In this document: in pieces, positions 54,528-64,000 of the stretch
How positions within the stretch are numbered: position 1 is the stretch's first letter
Layout: each line of letters starts with the position of its first letter
Assembly (NCBI GenBank): GCA_964016885.1
Contig: OZ024761.1
Coordinates: forward strand, 12,462,001-12,526,000
DNA from: Eledone cirrhosa
Taxonomy: Eukaryota
Direction of reading: 5' to 3'
Length of the DNA stretch: 64,000 nt
The notes under the pieces: model-generated
Seen by the model: the letters and a program-made list of their open reading frames with translations, nothing else
What the model was told of the DNA's origin: nothing
The model's database searches: none
Translations under genes and position numbers: made by a program

Positions 54528-54916
54528 TGGTTGAGTGCAAGGCCTTTCTCCACTTCAAAAAGCCTTCAAAGCACAAGCATTGCTTGTTCAAGATATGTTG
54601 GTGGTGGTGGTGGTGGTGTTGGTGGTGAGGTTGTACCTTGTGGTAGTAGATCCCTGAACTTCTTCCATCCTGTTCTTATTCTGGCTACACTACTTTCAAA
54701 ACACCCACCTCTGCTGCTAATTTGGTCACCCAGGTAGCAGAAGCTGTCTACGGTGGCTACAAACTCTGCTAGGAGTATTGCGATCACTTGTCAGATTACA
54801 GAAAATGGTCCACTTTTAGGCTAGAGCCAGCCACATGAACCTGTAACATATCTTGAACAAGCAATGCCCTTGCTTTGAAGGCTTTCTGAAGTGGAGAAAG
54901 GCCTTGCACTCGACCA
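54528..54916. repeat. ~72-bp inverted repeat enclosing a short RTE RT fragment (54640-54752, minus)
   Basis: Arms 54528-54599 and 54845-54916; the insert translates TVDSFCYLGDQISSRGG..RTGWKKFRDLLP. Confidence 0.8.
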
Positions 54917-55032
54917 ATCCCACTCTCTGAGCATCGAAAACACTACCCGAAAAGGAGAACAGGCCAACATCATCGGATGCTTCTGAAGCCGCAGGTTTTT
55001 CTTTTTCAGAGTTTCCCTATATATGTATATAT

Positions 55033-55366
55033 ATCATTTCATCATTCATTTCATTTCACGTCCACTTTTTCCCTGCTTGCAAGGGTGGGACGGGAACTGA
55101 TTCTGGCTTGATTTCTACAGCTGGATGCCCTTCCTAACACCAACCTCATTTACAGTGCTTTTTTGCCGTGGCACCTCCACGACCACTTTGCAGTGGAATG
55201 ATAGGGACCCCAGTCCCTATCATCTCATTTCTACAGCTGAGTAAACTGGAGCAATGTGAAATAAAGTGTCTTGCTCAAGGAAACAACACATCACCCGGTC
55301 TGAGAATTGAACTCACAGCCTTTCGATTGCAAGGCCAATGCTCTAACCATTAAGCCATGTGCCTCC
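55033..55366 (-). mobile_element. SINE family 2 copy
   Basis: Reverse complement of 12129-12473. Confidence 0.9.
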
Positions 55367-55375
55367 ATGTATGTA

Positions 55376-55969
<594 letters not shown>

Positions 55970-57160
55970 GTGGGGAATTTTCTTAACACACTAAATTATA
56001 CAGTTTTGTGTGTGATGTGTACGAAATCAAATATGTGCGTGAGTGTGTATGTGTGTCTGTATCTGTATATCTGTATATGTGTCTATGTGAGTATGTGTGT
56101 CTGAATGTGAATGTATGCGTGTGTCTGTATGTGTATGTATGCGTGTGTCTGTATGTGTATGTATGCGTGTGTCTGTATGTGTATGTATGCGTGTGTCTGT
56201 ATGTGTATGTATGCGTGTGTCTGTATGTGTATGTGTGTGTGTCTAGGTTATCTTTTGGCCTGAACATTTCTGTGATAATGAGAAGCAGGAGAGAAAACTT
56301 TAAAAAAACAACAACAAAAATAGGGAGCCAGGATACAGAACAGAGTGGATGAGGATTTATAGTAGGGATGTAGGGGGTAGCTGGGTATATCTTGGGTGGG
56401 TGTGGGTTAGTTAGATCTGGGTGGGGGGATAGCTGGTTATATTTGGGGGGACAGGGGATGTAAGGGGTAGTTATATCTTGGGTGGGGGTAGCTGGTTATA
56501 TCTGGGGGGGGAGTTAGTTATATCGGGGAGGGGGGGGGGGTAGTTATATATGGATGGGGACGGGAGATGTAGGGGGTAGTTATATATATTAGCTGGTTAT
56601 ATCTGGGTGGCGGTGGGGTTGGTGGAATTGGTGGTGTAGTTATATTTTGATGGAGGAGTGGGGGTGGGGTAGTTAGTTATATCTTGGTGGCAGTGGTGGT
56701 GGTGGTGGTGACTAGTTGGTGGTGGTGGTGGTGGCTAGTTGGTGGTGGTGGTGGTGGTGGTGGCTAGTTGGTGGTGGTGGTAGTGGTGGTGGTGGTGATG
56801 GTGGTAGTGGTGGTGGTGGTGGTGGTGGTGGTGGCTAGTTGGTGGTGGTAGTGGTGGCTAGTTGGTGGTGGTGGTAGTGGTGGTGGTGGTGGCTAGTTGT
56901 TGTTGGTGGTGGTGGTGGTGGCGGTGGTGGTGGTGGTGGCGGTGGTGGTGGTAGTTAGTTACTATCTGGGTTAGTTATGTAGAAAGGAAGCCATGAAAAA
57001 ATAAATAAAGAAAACAGACTTATGCCAACATTGATCTTCAGATTTCTTTAACTTCCCCCTCCCCCCTCTCTCTCTAACACACACACATACATGTACATAC
57101 ATACACACACACACACATACATACAGATATACATGGTCCTACTACAATATATATATATAT

Positions 57161-57377
57161 AACGAAGGAGGTGTGGTAAGGAACCAGATGGACCATAACG
57201 CACCAGAGTACTTAACACTTAAGGTAGTAGAGTGGGTAATAGGAAAAAGTTTAACCCCGACGGCAGAGCTCAAGCTGTTTCGACGGCCATTTCTGGACTA
57301 AATTAGAATTTTCAAAAATGTTAGTTTAGTCCAGAAATGGCCGTCGAAACAGCTTGAGCGCTGCCGTCGGGGTTAAA

Positions 57378-57384
<7 letters not shown>
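57161..57384. mobile_element. Family H copy F (fold-back retaining the whole central hairpin)
   Basis: Palindrome centred on the loop at about 57304-57325. Confidence 0.8.
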
Positions 57385-57422
<38 letters not shown>

Positions 57423-57804
57423 GGCCCTACTTTGATGTAGACACATGATCTTACGAGATATATATAAATGGTCCTACAATGATATATATATATATATATA
57501 AATATATATATATATACATGGTCCGACAATGATATATATATACATACATGGTCCTATAGCAATATACATACATGGTCCTGCAACAATATACATACATGGT
57601 TCTACAACAATATATATACATGGTCCTACAGCAATATATATACCTGGTCATACAATGATATATATACATATATATACATACATGGTCCTACAGCAATATA
57701 CATACATTGTCCTACAACAATATATATATACATTGTCCTACAACAATATATATACATGGTCCTACAACAATATATATACATGGTCCTACAATGATATAGA
57801 TATA

Positions 57805-59237
57805 TATAGTGAAGAGTTTAGCGTAAAAGTTGGTGTTCATCAGGGCTCCGTCCTTAGCCCCCTACTATTTATTATTGCCCTTCAGGCTATAACAGAGGAG
57901 TTCAAGACCGGCTGCCCATGGGAACTCCTATATGAAGATGATCTAACGCTCATAGCTGAATCAATGGCTGAACTAGAGAAGAAATTCCAAACATGGAAGC
58001 ATGGCCTAGAATCAAAAGGCCTTAAAGTTAACTTGTCTAAGACTAAAGTTCTAGTTTGTAGGAAGGAAAATAGGGCACCAGTCCTATCTGGGAAATGGCC
58101 ATGCTCAGTGTGTAGGAAAGGAGTAGGCAGAAACTCCATTTTATGTCCCAAATGCAAAGTATGGGTGCATAAAAGATGTAGTGGGATCACAGGTAAGCTC
58201 ACTAAGAATATAGATTTTATATGTGGCCGGTGCTCTGGTGCAATAAGTAGCAGCAAGTGCCTACAGAATACTAGCTCATTCCATTGCACAGATGGTTCTA
58301 TAGAAATAGTGGACAGCTTCCGTTACCTGGGTGACAAAATCAGCAGTGGGGGAGGGTGCTCTGAAAGTACAGTAGCTAGAGTCAGAACGGGATGGAAAAA
58401 GTTCAGAGAGCTTATACCACTATTGGCCGCTATTGGGTTCTCTCTAAAAATGAAAGGCAGGCTGTATGATGCCTGCATACAAACAGCAATGTTACATGGC
58501 AGTGAGACCTGGGCATTGTGTGCAGAGGATATACGCAGACTGGAGAGAAAAGAAGCTTGCATGCTCCGCTGGATTTGTAATAGTAATATACGTGAACGGC
58601 AAAGCATAAACGAACTAAGGGAGAAATTAGGAATAAGAGGGATCAGATGTTGTTTAGTCGAGAGAAGACTACGTTGGTACGGTCACATGATGCGCATGAA
58701 AGATGACAGCTGTATAAAAAAGTGCAGGGCGGTAAAAATAGACGGTAGCCATGGAGTAGGCAGACCCAGAAAAACCTGGGATGACTTGATAAATTCCGAC
58801 CTCACACACTTACACCTCTCCGAGACAATGTCACTGGACCGAGATCTTTGGCACTACACAGTTATAACAGAAGCGAAACCTAGTCAGTAGGCACCTCTAA
58901 CAAAATACACCCCCGTCCCACTACCCCCACCCCATCCACACCACCCCCTTACATGCGAAGTTATGTTGGTACCACAACATCCAGTCCGAAACAAATGAGG
59001 TTGTGTAGGTGTCATGACAAAAAAACACACAGTCCACGCTGCAATGTGGCCGTGTAGGTAACACGGTAAAAACCTCCCAGTTCCACACTGTAAACGTGGT
59101 TGGTGTTAGGAAGGGCATCCAGCCGTAGAAAACCCGCCAGACAGTCCTGAGCGAGACAACCAATCTTGCCTCAAGTAGGACAATTCCCGTCCAGACCCAT
59201 GCTAGCGTGGAAAATGGACGTTAAACGATGATGATGA
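57805..59237 (+). mobile_element. RTE LINE (family A relative), 5'-truncated; partial RT ORF to 58890
   Basis: GVHQGSVLSP, LYEDD (YADD altered), PHD-like finger, RRLRWYGH, 3' UTR and (GAT)n. Confidence 0.9.
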
Positions 59238-59518
59238 TATATATATACATGGCTCTACTTTGATGTAGACATGATCTTACGAGATATATATACACGGTCC
59301 TACAATTATATATATATATATATACATGGTCCTACACGTCCTTCCTAGCATAGAAAGAACTGAAGGAGCAGATTAGTGAACTAGTCAAATACGAACTGAC
59401 GGGGTGACTATCATAAACAACAGGAGTTGTGCGAGGTCCTCCCTAGAATTCCCCTAAAATACACTCCCCCACTATTGAGAAACTGATCCTTGTTGATATT
59501 TGTTATTGTTAATGTTAA

Positions 59519-59716
59519 GGGCGGTAGATTGGCAGTATTGGTAGAGGGTCGGATGCCATGCTTTGACGCATAGAGTCACGGCCCTTGCCATTCTGAGTTC
59601 AAACCCGCCGAGATTAACTTTGCCTTTCATCCTTACGGGAGTCGATAAAAATAAAGTACCAGTAATACACTGGGTAATTGCTGGCCTTGTGCCACCAAAA
59701 GTAGAAACAGTTATTG
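59519..59716 (+). mobile_element. SINE family 1, full copy
   Basis: A box TGGCAGTATTGG, B box GAGTTCAAACC, Meta-like domain. Confidence 0.85.
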
Positions 59717-59749
59717 TTAATGTTTTCTATTGTTATACACTTTTACCTG

Positions 59750-60133
59750 TTCCAGCCATCTGACTGAGGCCATGCTGGGGCTCCGTCCTTGTTGCTACAC
59801 ATTCTATCTCCAGCCTGAGTTGGCTGGCCATCGGTGCAACAGGGAGTTCATTGCTGCTGCCCTTAGGTTACCTTCGTGCCGTACTGTGGGCTCATGCGGG
59901 ATCCTGGATAGTCCCCACTGTAAGATGGACATATAGGAGACACAGTAAAAAGGTTCCTAGTCCACACTGTAAATGTGGTTGGTGTTGGGAAGGGCCTCCA
60001 GCTGTAAAAAAACCTGCCAGAGACACTTCCATGCGAGCGAGATACCATCTGCCGACCATTCCCCGCATCAAATAGAACAAAACCATCTAACCCATGCTAG
60101 CGTGGAAGATGGACGTTAAACGACGATGATGAT
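59750..60133 (+). mobile_element. Non-coding element with an RTE-type 3' tail
   Basis: GGAAGGGCCTCCAGCTGTAAAA motif and CCCATGCTAGCGTGGAAGATGGACGTTAAA(GAT)n end; 5' boundary uncertain. Confidence 0.6.
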
Positions 60134-60486
60134 CATTCATCATCATCATCATCATCATCATCATTTTACGTCCACTTTTCCCTGCTTGCAAGGGTGGGAC
60201 AGGAACTGATTCTGGCTTGATCTCTACAGCTGGATGCCCTTCCTAACACCAACCTCATTTACAGTGAGTGCTGGGTGCTTTTTGGCCGTGGCACCTCCAC
60301 GACCACTTTGCAGTGGAATGATAGGGACCCCAGTCCCTATCATCTCATTTCTACAGCTGAGTAAACTGGAGCAATGTGAAATAAAGTGTCTTGCTCAAGG
60401 AAACAACACATCACCCGGTCTGAGAATTGAACTCACAACCTTTCGATTGCAAGGCCAATGCTCTAACCACTAAGCCATGTGCCTCC
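60134..60486 (-). mobile_element. SINE family 2 copy
   Basis: Reverse complement of 12129-12473. Confidence 0.9.
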
Positions 60487-60776
60487 ATGATATATATATA
60501 TATATATTATAAATTCTATTATTGTTATCCCAATTGTTTTCTCTTCAGTGATGGACAAAAGCAACAGCTAACATGTACAACAGGTGTTGGGTTTGATGAA
60601 GAGAAAAAGATGAGCAGTATTGGTGATTACCAGAAAGCTGGAGAGCAGAGAATGTTTAAAAGAAACTCTCCATAGAAGAGGCATAAAAGGTCACGTTCTA
60701 GTGGTGAGAATGGCCCTCAACCATTTCTTTGATATGAAAGTTAAAGGATGTGTTGTCCTTGCTGGGGTACATGCAT

Positions 60777-61003
60777 TAACCCTTTAGCATTTAAACCAGC
60801 CATATCCAGCCAGAATTCTCTCACCTCTTTCTGTTCAAACCGGCTGTAACCAACTGCTCTTACTGATGTTAAGGTATTGTTCTCAAAATAAATAATATCA
60901 AAATCTCATAGATTTGATATTATGTGAGATAATTATATGAAGTAAAAACCTTTACTGTGAAAATACAATAGTAAATATAGAGTAATGTAAATGCTAAAGG
61001 CTT
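60777..61003 (+). mobile_element. piggyBac-like MITE, unexpanded copy
   Basis: TTAACCCTTTAGCATTT...AAATGCTAAAGG. Confidence 0.8.
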
Positions 61004-61014
61004 GAAAGATGAAG

Positions 61015-61583
61015 CTATCTGGCTACCAGATGTAAGACAGATCTAGCTATCAGGTGTAGGACAGATCTGGCTATCAGGTGTAGAACAGATCTAGCTATCA
61101 GATGTAGAACAAATCTGGCTATCAGGTGTAGAACAGATCTAGCTATCAGGTGTAGAACAGATCTGGCTATCAGGTGTAGAACAGATCTGGCTACCACATG
61201 TAGGACAGATCTGGCTATCAGGTGTAGAACAGATCTGGCTATCAGGTGTAGAACAGATCTGGCTACCACATGTAGGACAGATCTGGCTATCAGCTGTAGG
61301 ACAGATCTGGCTACCAGGTGTAGGACAGATCTGGCTATCAGGTGTAGAACAGATCTGGCTACCACATGTAGGACAGATCTGGCTATCAGGTGTAGGACAG
61401 ATCTGGCTACCACATGTAGGACAGATCTGGCTATCAGGTGTAGGACAGATCTGGCTATCAGGTGTAGGACAGATCTGGCTATCACATGTAGGACAGATCT
61501 GGCTATCAGGTGTAGAACAGATCTAGCTATCAGATGTAGAACAAATCTGGCTATCAGATGTAGGACAGATCTGGCTATCAGAT
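61015..61583. repeat. 24-bp tandem repeat (~23 copies)
   Basis: Unit CTGGCTATCAGGTGTAGGACAGAT. Confidence 0.95.
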
Positions 61584-62586
61584 GGACCTATAGTGACGAT
61601 TGAACTGCTACTTTCTTTTAGAAAGGAAGTGTCACAAGTCTTCTTTTGTCTAGTAGCTCTGGTAAAGAAAACTGTATAGTGGACTTGCCTAAAAGGATTG
61701 AGGACAAGAATCTTCTGTTCTGGCTAAGCCTTTATCCAATTCTCCAAGTTTATTAAATTGTGTGGGGATCTCACTAGAATTCCTCTAAAGTGCAGTCTCT
61801 CACTATTGAGGAACTGGTCCTTGTTGTCTGTGACACAGTAATCCAGGATTTTGTGTGGGGATCTCACTAGAATTCCACTAAAGTGCAGTCCCTCACTGTT
61901 GAGGAACTGGTCCTTGTTGACTATGACACAGTAACCCAGAGTTTTGTTATACCTCTCCGGTAAAGTCTAAGCTAGGTGCCTGGCAGAGAGATGCAGGAAT
62001 ATTATTTCCTACTGAATCTCATATTTGTTAAGTCTATTTAATGTAATACTTAAGAATGGCAAGCGCATCTAGGGTTTTGGAGATGGTACTGTCTTATTTT
62101 TGGGGGATCATCTTATCCGGCGAATATAGGCCTAAACCTAAATCACACCTCAGAATTTTAGGGGTCGACCTATGGACTGGACCGACTTGTACACCAGCAT
62201 ATACGGTATATATAAGTAAAGAGAATGAAGGAGAGGTACGCAAGGGATCACTCGAGGGTGAAATGGGAAGCAGTGAAAAATACTCAATACCATAGAGTAG
62301 AATAATATTTATTCAAAGCCAAGACTTTCTGCTCCTCACTATATATAAATATATAAATATATATATATATTTTTCAATCACATATATTTTTATTGTTTGA
62401 CCCGAATTACTTGGTCGTTTATTTTGGCTGTGTGGATGATTTGTTTAACCACCATCTCAGTGTGTTTGGCCCTTAACGTATGTTGTAGCTCTGGTTCATT
62501 CTGAATCATCGAGCGCTTGCCACACATCTCGGAAGTTGATTTTCGTTAATTCCTAAGCTGAAGTACGATTCTCGCTAATTTATATT

Positions 62587-62655
<69 letters not shown>

Positions 62656-62660
<5 letters not shown>

Positions 62661-62838
62661 GTTAAAACGATCAAATTTTAGTTTAGAACATTTAGGGTAC
62701 ATAATGTTCTAAATGACTAGGATTTTAGTCACATGTTTTGACATTCCCCATGCTTCGATGATTCCAGACTTCCCTCTGGAAGAAACAATTGTCAACAAAT
62801 AAATGTTCTAAACTAAAATTTGATCGTTTTAACACTTT
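62656..62838. mobile_element. TA-adjacent fold-back (arms 62656-62694 and 62800-62838) with a degenerate hammerhead at 62751-62797 (+)
   Basis: TGCT-TCGATGA-TTCCAGA-CTTCCC-TCTGGAA-GAAAC-AATT-GTC-AACA followed by AATAAA. Confidence 0.6.
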
Positions 62839-62981
62839 GTATCTCGGCTCTGTAAAACACTTGAAAATTTTGCATTGAGCCTTTTGTCATACCGCTAACC
62901 GCCTAGTACTTAGTACTACCCTACATATTTATAGTTGTATCAAACATATGTAAATATAACTATCCTTATTACTATATATAT

Positions 62982-63182
62982 ATATAAGTATGTACACATA
63001 CATACATATATGTATACAGACGTACAGTAGTATGTATATATATATACATACATACACACATATATATATGTACGTATGGATTCACCGAACATATATATAT
63101 GTGTACATGTATGTATGTATATATATATACATACTACTGTACGTCTGTATACATATATGTATGTACGTGTACATACTTATAT
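62982..63182. repeat. ~90-bp-arm palindrome of low-complexity TA/CA sequence
   Basis: Unique anchors TATAAGTA..CAGACGTACAGTAGT are mirrored as ACTACTGTACGTCTG..TACTTATA. Confidence 0.8.
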
Positions 63183-63238
63183 TTAAGTAACAGCCATACT
63201 AATAGTGGGAAATGAAATTTCGTTTCATTTTTTCCGTT

Positions 63239-63269
<31 letters not shown>

Positions 63270-63310
63270 AAATGAATAAGTCAAATGTTTAAAATTTGGC
63301 TTCGTTTATT

Positions 63311-63365
63311 ACTGCTATATATATTTCGGTGACAGCCATCTTTGGCTGTGACCTCTTCAGGCAGT
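63311..63365 (-). ncRNA. Minimal type I hammerhead ribozyme motif, intact core
   Basis: Minus strand ACTGC-CTGAAGA-GGTCACAGCCAAAGATGGCTGTCACC-GAAA-TATATA-TA-GCAGT followed directly by AATAAA. Confidence 0.8.
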
Positions 63366-63528
63366 CCGAATTAGTGTGGTAGAGACGAGTACATATGTTG
63401 TTGAGGTGTTTAACTTTGTCAATACTCTGATGTGCCCAGTTCCTGGTTGGGTCGTTATTTCACTGAGGAACTGCGAGTGCTCCAATCTGCATACTGAGGT
63501 GTTGGTATACAATCAACATATACTCAAA

Positions 63529-63590
<62 letters not shown>

Positions 63591-63759
63591 GTGTATATAT
63601 ATATGGAGAAGAAGTTTATGAAATGGAAATGCGGGTATACAGAATTTATTAGGTAACAATTGTTTCTATAGTGTATGGGTTACCTATACCTCGCTATTTG
63701 AATAATATAAAAATATTATCATAAACCGAAGGTACAGTGTGTATATATATATATATACA

Positions 63760-63829
<70 letters not shown>

Positions 63830-63831
<2 letters not shown>

Positions 63832-63980
63832 CATCATAATCATTTAATGCCCATTTTCTACCCTAGCATGGGTAGGAAGAGCTGACTCTTTGGGAGAGAT
63901 CAGGTCAGAGGACTGTGTTTGGCTCACCTGGGGCTGATTTTGGCCTGGTTTCTACAGCTGGATACCCTTCCTAACACCTA
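63830..63980 (-). mobile_element. Short degenerate RTE-type tail fragment
   Basis: Reverse complement of GTTAGGAAGGGTATCCAGCTGTAGAAA...CCCATGCTAGGGTAGAAAATGGGCATTAAA. Confidence 0.65.
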
Positions 63981-64000
63981 TATATATATATATATATATA

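Noticed and set aside
59750-59900. Possible HDV-like ribozyme at the 5' end of an RTE-tailed element
   Set aside because: I could not build the nested double pseudoknot by eye; needs a descriptor search
60550-60675. Possible host exon after TTTTCTCTTCAG (DGQKQQLTCTTG..)
   Set aside because: Acceptor-like site only; no recognisable protein similarity; needs RNA-seq
61622-61661. Possible 40-bp exon (TTTCTTTTAG ... GTAAAG)
   Set aside because: Such splice-like pairs arise by chance and there is no supporting homology
63640-63700. Minus-strand GAAACAATTGTT + AATAAA half-hammerhead
   Set aside because: The 5' core is unrecognisable; too degenerate to call

Overview
AT-rich eukaryotic non-coding DNA (intronic or intergenic) that is saturated with repeats. 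The mix of RTE LINEs with (GAT)n tails, tRNA-derived SINEs, Dong/R4, Vingi and Tx1 fragments and very long TA/CA microsatellites suggests an octopus or other coleoid genome (inference). I found no convincing host gene, and nearly all long ORFs in the track are microsatellite translations. The real coding remnants are RTE reverse transcriptases (one 5'-truncated copy with an open ~790-codon frame and a PHD-like finger), a Dong/R4 endonuclease, Vingi and Tx1 C-termini and two mariner transposase pieces. The main hidden signal is a set of short non-coding elements lying in or beside (TA)n tracts. About a dozen carry type I hammerhead ribozyme cores (CUGANGA...GAAA...UH) from several unrelated sequence families. 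Many are head-to-head inverted repeats with the 3' ends facing out, which fits Penelope-like or retrozyme-type elements. In several copies the inversion point falls on the ribozyme's stem II or cleavage site. Other observations: ~100-bp target-site duplications at RTE insertions, a SINE whose tail is a chimera of two RTE families, and several minisatellites grown from transposon segments. All folds and alignments were done by eye, so coordinates are approximate to a few bases.
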